A DNA stretch of 64,000 nucleotides from Candidatus Poribacteria bacterium (GCA_965242965.1 OZ251518.1:2272001-2336000); one strand, 5' to 3'. Shown: positions 9,533 through 19,608, numbered from the stretch's first letter. Made by a program: numbers and translations. Notes: generated by a model not told the origin, from the letters alone.

Positions 9533-10390
9533 TCATTTTCCAAAATGTTGCGCGATGTGCGTCAAATCCAAAATGTTAATCGCGCCGTCCCGATTCACAT
9601 CCGCCGCCCGATTCGCTTCCGTAACAGGAGCTCCGAAATGTCCTGCCACGAAAACCAAATCCAAGATATTGACATTGCCATCGCCGTTTACATCAACCGG
9701 TGCATCCGAAGCGTTAAGGATTAGCGTAGAACTTGCAACAGTAACCGCCAACGCTGCATCTTCAACATCGGAGAGATGTATATTAAGCAAGGTAAAGGTA
9801 GGCGCGTTTGCCTTCAGCACCTCAAATGTGAACGTGACAAGCGTGCCATCGGCATCCGATGCGACATCAGGGACTGATGAAGCCAGAATGGAGATACCCA
9901 GCGGATTTTCGCCTGGCACTACTAGTTCTCCCGGCGAGGGTTCTTCTCCTGAAACCGCCGGCCCTTCCAGCGAGGGCTGCTGCAGGTTGATGAGCACCTG
10001 TTCTATCGTGAGTTCCTCGTCTCCGAATTGAACGGAAGGACCTGTCGATGTTTCGCCGCCTGTGATGAGCGTAACTTCGTAACTCCCATCCGCGCGCAAT
10101 TGAGGTGCTATCCATATACCACCCTCTGGGAGGTAATCTCCCGGGGTTGCGCTGATATATCGCAACACATCCGCGTCAAAGGCGAGGAGCAATGCATATC
10201 CTGCAACGCCTTCCCCACCGGCGATGTTCACGCTTACCTCTACGTGTTCGCCGACAGTCAGCGGACTCCCGCCTGTCGCCGCTAGCGAAACCTCCGCCTG
10301 TCCATAACCGTTCGTCGCGACTCCCAAACATGCCACGCACGCCAAAAGGAGAAGGACAAGTTTCAGGTTCGGTGGTGTTAAACTTTTCAT
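9533..10390 (-). CDS. Secreted cohesin plus dockerin-like domain protein
   Basis: Signal peptide; VAGYALLLAFDADVLRY...GTLVTFTFEVL cohesin; two DVNxDGxxNILDL repeats. Confidence 0.75.
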   Translation of the reverse strand: MKSLTPPNLKLVLLLLACVACLGVATNGYGQAEVSLAATGGSPLTVGEHVEVSVNIAGGEGVAGYALLLAFDADVLRYISATPGDYLPEGGIWIAPQLRADGSYEVTLITGGETSTGPSVQFGDEELTIEQVLINLQQPSLEGPAVSGEEPSPGELVVPGENPLGISILASSVPDVASDADGTLVTFTFEVLKANAPTFTLLNIHLSDVEDAALAVTVASSTLILNASDAPVDVNGDGNVNILDLVFVAGHFGAPVTEANRAADVNRDGAINILDLTHIAQHFGK

Positions 10391-11523
10391 TACACATCTC
10401 CTTTCATGGGCTGCGCGCCGCGGATGGCTTCGCACAAGTAGGTAATTCCTTCCGGAATGTCGTCAACGTGGCAATAGGCATACGCGAGGCGAATGGCTTT
10501 AACCTGTTCACTCGCGTAGTGAAACGCGCTGCCGTTGCTGTATCCCACACCTTTTGCCGCAGCAAGTTCCTGCAACTTATTCAAATCAGTCTCTGGCGGC
10601 AGATCGATCCAGAGGAAAAGTCCCCCGCGGGGCCGCGTCCACGTGCAGAGTTCGCTGACGTGTTCGTCAAGCGTTTCAACGACAGCGCGGCATTTCGCGC
10701 CGACAGCGGCGTTCGTCTTGACGAGGTGCGCCTCAAGGTGCTCCATGAAAAATTCGGCGACGATGGCACTCGCCAGCGCGCTCGTGCCGCCATCCCACCG
10801 ATTCTGGTGGATTTGCCCGTAATAGGGTTGCCTAGCGACGAAATAGCCTTGCCGCACGCCCGCGCCTAAAATTTTGGAGAACGTGGCGATGAAAATCACC
10901 CGATTTGACGTATCCAACTTAAAGAGCGATGCCGGGGTCGGCGTAGACGTAAAGTCAATGTCGCCGTAGCAATCGTCTTCAACGATGAGCGTATCGTATT
11001 CCTGCGCCAGCTCCAACATGCGGTGCCGGCGTTCCAGCGACAAAATCGCGCCCGTTGGGTTCTGGTGGTTTGAAGTGGTATAGATGAGCGAGGGCCGGAT
11101 ATCTTGTGCCTTGAGCTCCTTCAACTTCGCCTCCAGCGCGTCCATGTCCATGCCATCAATATAGTCCATCGGCACACCGACGATATTCGCCTTGAAATGC
11201 CGCATGATGCCAAGGGTGCCGCTGTAGGTGTATTCCTCGGTTAGCACCGTGTCCCCAGGGCGGATCAGCGTGCCAAGCACCAATTCAAGTGCCTGCATAG
11301 AGCCGGAGGTAATCGAGATGTTATCAATAGGCAGGGGAATGCCTTCGCGCCGCTCAAACCGCATTGAGGCGAGCTCGCGCAGCCCGCTATAGCCGGATTC
11401 ACCCGGATAGTTCACCAGGTCACCGCCGAGTTTCCGGAGTGCCTTCTCACTCGCGGCGATGAGCCCTTCCGTTGGGAACGTATAAGGGTCTGGCCGGCCG
11501 CCGGTAAACGCAAAATCTTTCAT
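10390..11523 (-). CDS. PLP-dependent aminotransferase class I/II (LysN/MocR-type)
   Basis: HQNPTG, IVEDDCY, TFSKILGAGVRQG, PRGGLFLW. Confidence 0.9.
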   Translation of the reverse strand: MKDFAFTGGRPDPYTFPTEGLIAASEKALRKLGGDLVNYPGESGYSGLRELASMRFERREGIPLPIDNISITSGSMQALELVLGTLIRPGDTVLTEEYTYSGTLGIMRHFKANIVGVPMDYIDGMDMDALEAKLKELKAQDIRPSLIYTTSNHQNPTGAILSLERRHRMLELAQEYDTLIVEDDCYGDIDFTSTPTPASLFKLDTSNRVIFIATFSKILGAGVRQGYFVARQPYYGQIHQNRWDGGTSALASAIVAEFFMEHLEAHLVKTNAAVGAKCRAVVETLDEHVSELCTWTRPRGGLFLWIDLPPETDLNKLQELAAAKGVGYSNGSAFHYASEQVKAIRLAYAYCHVDDIPEGITYLCEAIRGAQPMKGDV

Positions 11524-11560
11524 AGTGCTCTCCTTACAAAAACCGTTTGCCATTTATTAT

Positions 11561-11853
11561 CAGGCTATTTCATAACTCCGTTTCGATATTTATCCTGCCT
11601 TGGAGGGAGGGCGAATACCCGAAGGCATTGGGCCCACCTCTGTAGTTCGGGATCGCCTGATCCCGAACAGATCAAGATCAGGCGATCTTGACCTACAGGA
11701 GTGATGAGGTCTGCCAGCCAAACGCATGGCGAGGGAAACCCGCTCGCATGCGCGTATGGCATGCGAGGACCCACGCCCTACGTGAAAGGGCGGCGTTTTT
11801 TCCGCAGCGCAGGGCCTATCACCTCGACGTTGAGCGATTTATGAAACACCCGC
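11561..11853. mobile_element. MITE-like REP-cargo element, copy 2 (293 bp)
   Basis: Degenerate left TIR CAGGCTATTTCATAA, right TIR TTATGAAACACCCGC; 9-bp direct repeat ATTTATTAT at 11552-11560 and 11854-11862. Confidence 0.8.
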
Positions 11854-11893
11854 ATTTATTATAGCAGCATTCGCAAAAAAAGACAAGTCTCAA

Positions 11894-12877
11894 TTACGAG
11901 GCGCATTGCACAACCTGTCCTGTTTCGGCGGAGCGATACGCCGCGGCTAAAATTTCGTTCGTCCTTAACCCATCGTCTCCGCTGGCAATCGGCGCGGTGC
12001 CGCGATGCACGCATGCCGCAAAATGCTCAAACTGATGCTGATAAAGGTCTTCGTATGACGAGGCGATGCGCGCAGGTTCGCCGCCGAAGTGGGTGCGGAT
12101 TTGCCAGCCATTGTCGTTCTCTACCCAGACGGTGCCTTCTGTCCCGTAGAGTTCTAGCACGATGTCGCACTGCGCGACAGAGAAACTGAGGTCAGTGAAC
12201 GCCTGAGCACCGTTCGTGAAACGCATTAGGATACCCCCTGTCTCCTCAACGGCGTAGTTGTGGATTGCGCTATTGCAAAACGCGCTGACTGCCTCCACCT
12301 CGCCGATGAGATAGCGAAGCAAATCGACGCTGTGCGCACCAAGATCCATGAAGCATCCCCCGCCGCTTTTTTCCGGTTGCGCGCGCCATTCATCATCTGC
12401 CAACTGATACTGCTTCAGAAACGGCATTCTAGCGTGGACTATCTGTCCGAAATGTCCCTCGTCTACCCATGCACGAATCTGCTGGAAGCAGGAGTGGAAC
12501 CGAAAGAGGAAGCACACCTGCAAATGCACGCCGTTGGCTTCGCAGGCGGCGAGCATCTGTCTGCATTCCTGCGGCGTGAGAGCCATCGGTTTATCGCACA
12601 ACACGTGTAAACCGCGCTCTGCTGCGGCGATAACCTGTTCGCAATGCAAGTAGACAGGCGTTGAGACGTAAATTGCGTCCAGCGCGTCGTCAGCCAAGAG
12701 CGCGTCAACGTTGGTATAGGCGGCAGTCGCGCCGTAGTCAGCAGCGAGTTGTCTTGCGCGATTGGCATCGCGGGAGAGGAGCGCGTGTAATTCTGCGCCT
12801 TCTGCCTTTTGGATAGCAGGCATTGCCCGGCGTTGCGCAACACTTCCCGCGCCAAGCACGCCCCATTTTAAGTTCAT
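11894..12877 (-). CDS. Gfo/Idh/MocA family oxidoreductase
   Basis: WGVLGAGSVA, HVLCDKPMA, GGGCFMDLGAHSVD. Confidence 0.9.
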   Translation of the reverse strand: MNLKWGVLGAGSVAQRRAMPAIQKAEGAELHALLSRDANRARQLAADYGATAAYTNVDALLADDALDAIYVSTPVYLHCEQVIAAAERGLHVLCDKPMALTPQECRQMLAACEANGVHLQVCFLFRFHSCFQQIRAWVDEGHFGQIVHARMPFLKQYQLADDEWRAQPEKSGGGCFMDLGAHSVDLLRYLIGEVEAVSAFCNSAIHNYAVEETGGILMRFTNGAQAFTDLSFSVAQCDIVLELYGTEGTVWVENDNGWQIRTHFGGEPARIASSYEDLYQHQFEHFAACVHRGTAPIASGDDGLRTNEILAAAYRSAETGQVVQCAS

Positions 12878-12996
12878 TGGTTTCAATTCCTCTGTTTTTT
12901 TCGTATAGTGCGTCTGTTTTGTTAGTGTAAAAGTATACACGATTTTCGAGCATCTGGCAAGTTAAAATTGTGTTATCCAAACAACTCTTGTTAAAA

Positions 12997-13345
12997 CGTA
13001 GGGCGGGGGCCTGTCCCCCGCCATGGTCAAGACCGCGAGTTACGGCGACGCGCTATTAGGCATTGAGCGTCACCCCTGTAGGTCAGGATCGCCCAATCCT
13101 GACCCGTTTGTGATCAGGCGATCACAAACTACAGAGAGTAACGAAAAAAACGTCTCTTGTTCTCTTCAGGTCCGTAGGACCTAAGACGGCATCTTGACGA
13201 TGGAGCACGCGGGGGAAACCCGCTCGGATGCGCGTATGGCATCCGAGGGCCCCGCGCTACGGGAACATCGAGACCAGGAGGTCTCTCCTACCAATGCATA
13301 CCGAAATGCATCGAGACCGGGAGGGAGCACCTACCAACGCGCTAC
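12997..13345. repeat. GTAG-REP hairpin cluster without TIRs
   Basis: GTAGGGCGGGGGCCTGTCCCCG, GTAGGTCAGGATCGCCCAATCCTGACC, nested GGATGCGCGTATGGCATCC, and GAGACCAGGAGGTCTCTCCTAC. Confidence 0.8.
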
Positions 13346-14103
13346 TAGGCTAATAACAAATGCACACCAGTTGCAAGCAGGAATCCGAGGACGATTCTGG
13401 AAAAGAGCCGCTCCGGCACACGGTTATTGAGCGAAATCCCTGTCAGCACGCCGAGCCCGATAAAGGGAAGCAAAGCAACCGCCTCAGCCAGAATCTCGAA
13501 AGAGAAGAGTTCAAGTTGTGCATAAAACGGGATTTTGACGAAGTTCAGCAAAAAGTAGATGGCAGTTGTCGTCGCGACAAAAGTCGTATTGCCTAAGCGT
13601 TGCGGGAGGAGATACATGACAACAACGAGTCCTCCCATGTGCGCGAGCGTCGTGAAGATGCCGGTAAGCACACCAGCGGCAAATCCTTGCCACGCTTTGA
13701 AGGGATTGTAACCGTATACCGAACTCAATGTCCCTTTTGCGATGCGCGGTTGCCAATAAGGACGCGCCAATTCTAACAGCGCGAACAGACAGGCGATGCC
13801 GCCGATCGCCTTCTTCAGATGAACGTCGGAAATATCCTTTAAAATCAGGCTGGCGACAGCGATGCCGAGGATAGAGCCCGGTATTAAACGCCAGATGCTC
13901 TGCCGGTGCCACTTCTTCCAATAGTGTCGCAGCGAGAAAACGTCTGTCGAAAAGAGCAGCAGGAGCATCAGTCCGACGACACTGCGCGCCGAACGGAAGT
14001 GCGTGAACATCGGGACGACAACCATCCCGATGCCGCCGCCGAAGCCTGCTTTGCTCACACCGGTGAGCCATGCGCCGAAGCATAAGATAATCACTTCAAA
14101 AAT
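13345..14103 (-). CDS. Sulfite exporter TauE/SafE family membrane protein
   Basis: GVSKAGFGGGIG and TTLAHMGG with multiple TM segments; start uncertain (ATT after SD AGGAGG, or GTG at 14094). Confidence 0.85.
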   Translation of the reverse strand: MFEVIILCFGAWLTGVSKAGFGGGIGMVVVPMFTHFRSARSVVGLMLLLLFSTDVFSLRHYWKKWHRQSIWRLIPGSILGIAVASLILKDISDVHLKKAIGGIACLFALLELARPYWQPRIAKGTLSSVYGYNPFKAWQGFAAGVLTGIFTTLAHMGGLVVVMYLLPQRLGNTTFVATTTAIYFLLNFVKIPFYAQLELFSFEILAEAVALLPFIGLGVLTGISLNNRVPERLFSRIVLGFLLATGVHLLLA

Positions 14104-14256
14104 AGTGGTGCCTCCTCTGGCACGGAATATAGCACATTTCGGTGGAATTGTCAAACGCGCATCGGCACCAGCCCGATCTTGACATGGTTATAAATGCCAG
14201 AATTTTCAGACGCGTGCGAATGGCGCGAATAGGTAGTCTTGACAGAAAAAAAAGAT

Positions 14257-14285
14257 TTGACATTCGGGTTGAAATGTGGTATAAT
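14257..14285 (+). promoter_or_regulatory. sigma70 promoter of rpsU
   Basis: TTGACA-17 bp-TATAAT with extended -10 TG. Confidence 0.8.
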
Positions 14286-14329
14286 ATACGTAACTAGTTT
14301 TATATCACGCTACAAGGAGGAATCTGAAA

Positions 14330-14551
14330 ATGGTTCAAGTAGAAGTTAACGTGGACTCCGGTGAAGCGTTTGACCGCGCCCTGGCACGTTTTAAGAAGAT
14401 GTGCGGGAAAGCGGGGATCGTGACAGAAATTAAAAAACGCAGCTTTTATGAGAAGCCGAGCGAGAAACGGCGGCGCATCGAGATGAAACGGCAGCGGAAA
14501 GTCAAACCGCGCACGATGGAATACCGGCCGCGCTATAACAACGGCCGCTAA
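14330..14551 (+). CDS. rpsU: 30S ribosomal protein bS21
   Basis: EAFDRALARFKK...EIKKRSFYEKPSEKRR; SD AAGGAGG. Confidence 0.95.
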   Translation: MVQVEVNVDSGEAFDRALARFKKMCGKAGIVTEIKKRSFYEKPSEKRRRIEMKRQRKVKPRTMEYRPRYNNGR

Positions 14552-14571
14552 CGCGCCGCGAGGAGGCACAC

Positions 14572-15090
14572 ATGACGACAGTTCTGCCTACGGATGAGAC
14601 GGTAGAGAACTACAAAGGGCAGCTCATCCAGTATTGCCAAGAGCGCGGCCTCGGTCAGCCTGTTTATACCGAGACGCAGCACGGGCCGGCGGACTCGCCG
14701 AGTTGGCACGTTACCATCAGTTACGGGGACTGCACGCATGAGACACCGGAACTGGTTCCCGGTTCAAAAAAGTTCGCGCACCAAGTCGCCTCCAAGCAGG
14801 TGTTGGAGGAGATCGATTCTCGGCGCGAAAACTTTTTGGCTGGCGAGGTGAAAACTGAGTCCGCGCCGGCCACCGAACCGCCACCCACGCCGACGGTTGC
14901 CATTGAAGTGCCGATTGACATCGTCGCAAGCGCGATGACGATTGCGAACGAACGGTTGACAGCATCGCAACCGACGCGATACCGCACACTCTCCGATGCA
15001 GAATTCTCGCAGAAACTGGCCCGATTGACGCTCCAAATCGTCCGAGAACTCGTCGAGAAGGCTCAACAAGACGAGATTACGTTGATGTGA
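14572..15090 (+). CDS. Stand-alone double-stranded RNA-binding motif (dsRBD) protein
   Basis: NYKGQLIQYCQ...PVY...GP...WHVTI...GSKKFAHQVAS dsRBD followed by a Pro-rich linker and helical C-terminus. Confidence 0.7.
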   Translation: MTTVLPTDETVENYKGQLIQYCQERGLGQPVYTETQHGPADSPSWHVTISYGDCTHETPELVPGSKKFAHQVASKQVLEEIDSRRENFLAGEVKTESAPATEPPPTPTVAIEVPIDIVASAMTIANERLTASQPTRYRTLSDAEFSQKLARLTLQIVRELVEKAQQDEITLM

Positions 15091-15394
15091 GGGTGTTTCA
15101 TAAATCGCTCAACGTCGCGGTGACAGGCCCCCGCGTTATTGCCGGTAGGAGAGACCTCCTGGTCTCGATGAGGTAAGGCGTGCCCGCGCCTGACATGTTT
15201 GTGCTCGGACGCTTGCAAACGACAGCGGGTGTCTCTCCTACAGGGACATTGCTCGCATCGAGACCGGGAGGTCTCTCTTACGGGGACATCACTTGCATCA
15301 AGACCGGGAGGTCTCTCTTACCAAGAGGGCGCGGGAGTCGCCTGCTCTCCAAGGGGAATAAATAAATACCGAAACGGATTTATGAAACACCTTC
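15089..15394. mobile_element. MITE-like REP-cargo element, copy 3 (306 bp)
   Basis: TIRs GAGGGTGTTTCATAA / TTATGAAACACCTTC; 10-bp direct repeat ACGTTGATGT / ACTTTGATGT (1 mismatch). Confidence 0.8.
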
Positions 15395-15419
15395 ACTTTG
15401 ATGTAACGCTGCTATCCGG

Positions 15420-15452
15420 CGGGGCAGGCACCCTTGCTGCCTGCCCTTTTCC
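15420..15452 (+). terminator. Probable intrinsic terminator of the rpsU operon
   Basis: GGGCAGGCA...TGCCTGCCC stem followed by TTTT. Confidence 0.5.
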
Positions 15453-15537
15453 TTTGACAAGCAAACTCGGTTGATTGAAGTCTCCCGAATTCGACACCGT
15501 AGCAATGTGTATTGAAACATAACTGCTACCGCCTCTA

Positions 15538-16773
15538 TCACAAAAGCGATTCAACCGTGACGTTTTTCAAGGTTTCCACCTGAATGCGCTGGAGCTCCCG
15601 TAATATCCGCGTTCCCTCTGGGGTAACAGGCAGTGTTGATGTGAAATGTTCGGAAAGCCCGCCTTCAACAACGTCAACAACCTGAGCGAGGGTGATGTCG
15701 CTGAGCACCTGCGCGGGGAGATAGCCTGTCGTGTCGCCTTCAACTTCATAGATGAGCCCCGCGGTTTTGAAGCGTCTGAAACAGTTATCTACCACTTCTG
15801 CCGGGATACCCGATAGGGTGACAATGTCATCTGTGGAGCATGCGCCCTTGCCACGGTGGAAGCGTTCCGCTACTACGAGGAACAGCGCAATCGCACCGGC
15901 AACGTTGATATAACTGACTTTTTCATCAGCCGGCATCGCGTTCGGGTGCTCGTTCCTACCGGAGTGCTGCACGGCGTTCGTTACTTCCGCACCGAGTAGG
16001 ATGATAACCCAGGTGGCGTATGTCCAAATGGCGAGAATCACAAGCAGTGCCAATGCCCCGTAGATTTCGTTATAATTTTTCCAGACGAGTTCAAAATAGC
16101 GTCCGAACGGGAGGCGCGCAATTTGGAACAGCGTGCCCGCGATGAGCGTCCCGATGAGTGCCGGCCCCCATTTCACGGACGTATTCGGCAGCGCGATATA
16201 CATCAGCAAAAAGATGCAGTAAAACAGCATCCAGGGGAATACGTGAGAGAAGAGCCAACTGTTGGCAGTTGAAAAAAAGAGCCAGATTAAGAGCGGGCCG
16301 AGGGACAGCAGCGTGTAAAAGACAGCGTATTTCTGGAACGCTTGGAGGAGCGGCAGCCGCCGACGCGCACCCCAGATGTCGTTGAAGTGCTGTTCAACCG
16401 ACATAAACAGCATCGTTGAAACCAACAGGAAAAATAGAAACCCACCGACGCTGAGGCTACCGAGGTTTTTATTCGTAAATTCCGTGAGACGTGAGACAAT
16501 CTCCTCGGCACCGTACCGCGGTAGGAAATTGCCGAGTGAGGCTATCAGTGGGGACTCTTCGTTTTCAACCACACCGAAGGTTTTGAGTAAGAACAGCGCG
16601 ACCGCGGACAACGGCACAAGGCAGAGGAGCGTATTGAAGGCGAGCGATGAAGCTTGCTGAAGGCACTTGTCCTCAATGAATTGATGCCACACATTTGCAC
16701 TGATGCGCCACGTATAGGTGTAAAACGCGCGGAAACGCCCGCGAAACTTTTCCATAATGTAGAGAACGCTCAT
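15538..16773 (-). CDS. YihY/virulence factor BrkB family membrane protein with C-terminal winged helix
   Basis: ASSLAFNTLLCLVP, YNEIYGALA, IILLGAEV. Confidence 0.85.
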   Translation of the reverse strand: MSVLYIMEKFRGRFRAFYTYTWRISANVWHQFIEDKCLQQASSLAFNTLLCLVPLSAVALFLLKTFGVVENEESPLIASLGNFLPRYGAEEIVSRLTEFTNKNLGSLSVGGFLFFLLVSTMLFMSVEQHFNDIWGARRRLPLLQAFQKYAVFYTLLSLGPLLIWLFFSTANSWLFSHVFPWMLFYCIFLLMYIALPNTSVKWGPALIGTLIAGTLFQIARLPFGRYFELVWKNYNEIYGALALLVILAIWTYATWVIILLGAEVTNAVQHSGRNEHPNAMPADEKVSYINVAGAIALFLVVAERFHRGKGACSTDDIVTLSGIPAEVVDNCFRRFKTAGLIYEVEGDTTGYLPAQVLSDITLAQVVDVVEGGLSEHFTSTLPVTPEGTRILRELQRIQVETLKNVTVESLL

Positions 16774-16909
16774 CCGTTAACGAACGGGACTTCGGACGGC
16801 ACTGTTTTCAACCGCGCCTACCGGGTTCGTTCCGCGTCAGGCATAACACAATCAAAAACCGCTCTGAGCCGATGAAATCAGAGCACGAAAAGGCAGACTG
16901 GCTGAAAAG

Positions 16910-17629
16910 ATGCTCCACCAACGTCCTGATTTTATTGCGCGGCTCAAACGCCGAATGAGACAAAACCGACTGCTCGCTCCCTTCATCGGATGTCCCTATC
17001 CTGCATCCCGCTGGAACAAAAGTGTGCGCCGCGTCCTTGACTACTGCGGAAACGACGCGACTATCCTCGACCTCGGTTCCGGCATTCGCCGCCGCTCACC
17101 CAACATTATTAACCTTGAAATCGAAGCAGGCACCGAAGTCGATGTCATCGCCGATGGACACCTCTTGCCTTTCAAAGACGAAACTTTCGATGCCGTTATC
17201 TCCGAAGCCGTGCTTGAACACGTTCGTTCCCCAAACCTCGTCGTCGCAGAGATGTATCGCGTGCTGAAGCCGGGAGGGGTTGTCTGCGTCGCTGTGCCTT
17301 TCCTTCAAGGGTATCACGCCTCGCCGCACGATTATCAGCGGTGGACGTTGCCGGGCATCGTTGAACTCTTCGCGGCGTTCTCTGAAGTGGAGAGCGGCGC
17401 GTGCGCCGGGCCAACGGCTTCCCTGCACTGGATTTTCCGTGAATATGTCGGGATGCTCTATTCCTTCGGGAGCCTCGTATTCGGGAAACTCATCTCGCTC
17501 ATTGTCGGGTGGATTACATTTCCGCTGCTGCTGCTAGACAGGATGCTCCTCTGGCACCCGCACGCGCACATTCTGGCATCGGCGGTTTACTACCTCGGAA
17601 AGAAGCCATCGCTTGAACGTGAATCGTAA
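16910..17629 (+). CDS. Class I SAM-dependent methyltransferase
   Basis: ILDLGSG, LPFKDETFDAVISEAVLEH, RVLKPGG, HASPHDYQR. Confidence 0.85.
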   Translation: MLHQRPDFIARLKRRMRQNRLLAPFIGCPYPASRWNKSVRRVLDYCGNDATILDLGSGIRRRSPNIINLEIEAGTEVDVIADGHLLPFKDETFDAVISEAVLEHVRSPNLVVAEMYRVLKPGGVVCVAVPFLQGYHASPHDYQRWTLPGIVELFAAFSEVESGACAGPTASLHWIFREYVGMLYSFGSLVFGKLISLIVGWITFPLLLLDRMLLWHPHAHILASAVYYLGKKPSLERES

Positions 17630-17644
17630 TGTGCAGTTCCCCTA

Positions 17645-17794
17645 AATCGAGACCGGGAGTTTCTCCAAATCGAAACCGGGAGGTCTCTCCTACTGGGGGA
17701 GTGACATCCTTGTCCCGATATGCGTTTGGGTAGGAGGGACATCCTTGTCCCGATGCTGAGGAGGGACATCCTTGTCCCGATATATCTCTCCTAC
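17645..17794. repeat. REP cluster (GAGACCGGGAGGTCTC and three GGACATCCTTGTCCCGAT units)
   Basis: Repeated palindromic units between convergent genes. Confidence 0.75.
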
Positions 17795-19608
17795 GGTGCC
17801 CACTCACTCGCCTTGACATAATAGAGGAATCCGATGCACATCTCATCTGTCGTCTTTTCGCCCCAGCCGACAGGGACAGGCGGTTCGTGCGGATTCACAG
17901 GATTCTCCGCGGAATTGTCAAAATGCGCCACTAACTCCACCTGCGTTCCTTCCGGCAAGAAGAGCGGTTCGCGGTAGTGGTAAATATCCTGCCAATTGAA
18001 ATCCCAATCCTGAATCCAAATCAAATCGTGCTGTTTTCCCTCTGGCGTTGTGGCGATGAGCCGCATATCCCGTCCGAGCAGATGCATGTGCGGCATTGTG
18101 GCGAGGAGATAGGCATCCCTCTTGATGCGCCGCGATGCCAACACTTCGTGCCAACTCGCGCCAGCCGGTATCTCAAATTCCGAATTAATCGCCGAGACGA
18201 TGTGCAACTCCGCTGTCTCCGGGGTTTTCGAGAAGTAGATTCCCAAACGCGACCGGTCGAATTCAGTGTGTCCCGTGCGGTAGTAATGCACCTGCATGAC
18301 GATGTCCGCGCCTTTCGGCAATAGATAGCCAACTCCCGCAGGCAGAACCGAGGGGGTTACGCCCGGAGCCCAGCCGCCAAGCGTTCCCGCATCGTCAAAA
18401 CCGGGGCCTGTGCCTTCTGTCACATAGCCCGGCTTCTCGTCTTGCGCGTCCAATTTGCGCGCCTCGCCGTTCACATCAAGGTAAGCGATGACGTGATGCA
18501 CCGTTTTCCGATTCCCCGGTTGCACGTCAACGGCTTGCACATACATATCCTGTTCAAAATCCGTCGGTATGATAAAGTGGCGATATTCGTCCTCGCCTTC
18601 CGGTCCTATCTCGTATTCCACCGGCATTTCGACAATCCAATCTGGTTCGCCGAGGGCCCAACCTTCAGGAAATTTCGGGGCAGGTGGGACTGCGTCTAGT
18701 TCTCCTGCAGGCGCGCCTGTTTCAACCCATCGAGAAATCGTCGCAATCTCGGTATCGGTGAGGCGGCGTTCGTTTTTGAAGTGTCCGTAACCGGCGGCAG
18801 GTTTCCACGGCGGCATCAACCTTGCTTTCGTGTATGCGGCAATTTCTGTCGCCCATGCCTGTGCATCGCCATAATCTACAAGTGAAAACGGCGCGACTTC
18901 GCCTTGCCGATGGCACGACTGGCATTCACGTTGCAGTATCGGCGCGATGTGCTCGCTATAGGTAACCTCCACCGGCACCCCTCGCTCAGAGATATGGAGC
19001 GTGCAACCGAACGATGGAACTTCACGAACCGACACGGGGCCGCCGTTCACCACAGCATCCAGAGCGTCTTTCAGATAGTGATGCTTCACCCGCGTCTCGT
19101 AACGGTTGTCATCAATCGGGCCTCGGTAGCGCAGCGTGCCTTCTGCATCAACGACGATGGCTTGCGGTGTCATCGTCGCACCGAGGTGGCGAGCCAGTTG
19201 TCCGGTTGCATCCTTCACAATCGGGAATGCGTAGCCCGCCTTTGCGATGTAGGTTTTTATCTCCGCTTCCGATTCGTTGGTGTTCGGATACACGGCGACA
19301 AAATGAACCTGCTTCTCGCCAAATTCGGCGTGCAAGCGATTTAACCGCACGGCGTAGCGTTGCGCGACAGGACATTCTGTCGCGAGGAACACGAACGCGA
19401 CGTTTCCTTGCGTTTGGAGCGTCTCACCTGTCAGCGTTTTGGCAGTGATATCCGCCACCTTTGTGCCGACAGGCACATCGTTTGCGTGCAGCGATGCTTC
19501 TTGGATAACGCGATGTTTATTCGTAATCGTCCATTCAGATGCCGCCTGCACGAAGCCCAGTGGCAGTGTAAGTAGCAGTAAAAAGGTTAAGAGTTGTGAT
19601 TGTTTCAT
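17791..19608 (-). CDS. Redoxin + c-type haem motif + copper type II ascorbate-dependent monooxygenase-like protein
   Basis: Signal peptide; ATECPVA...YRGPIDD...FGC redoxin; CQSCH; VHHVI; PHMHLLG; DEMCIG. Confidence 0.85.
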   Translation of the reverse strand: MKQSQLLTFLLLLTLPLGFVQAASEWTITNKHRVIQEASLHANDVPVGTKVADITAKTLTGETLQTQGNVAFVFLATECPVAQRYAVRLNRLHAEFGEKQVHFVAVYPNTNESEAEIKTYIAKAGYAFPIVKDATGQLARHLGATMTPQAIVVDAEGTLRYRGPIDDNRYETRVKHHYLKDALDAVVNGGPVSVREVPSFGCTLHISERGVPVEVTYSEHIAPILQRECQSCHRQGEVAPFSLVDYGDAQAWATEIAAYTKARLMPPWKPAAGYGHFKNERRLTDTEIATISRWVETGAPAGELDAVPPAPKFPEGWALGEPDWIVEMPVEYEIGPEGEDEYRHFIIPTDFEQDMYVQAVDVQPGNRKTVHHVIAYLDVNGEARKLDAQDEKPGYVTEGTGPGFDDAGTLGGWAPGVTPSVLPAGVGYLLPKGADIVMQVHYYRTGHTEFDRSRLGIYFSKTPETAELHIVSAINSEFEIPAGASWHEVLASRRIKRDAYLLATMPHMHLLGRDMRLIATTPEGKQHDLIWIQDWDFNWQDIYHYREPLFLPEGTQVELVAHFDNSAENPVNPHEPPVPVGWGEKTTDEMCIGFLYYVKASEWAP

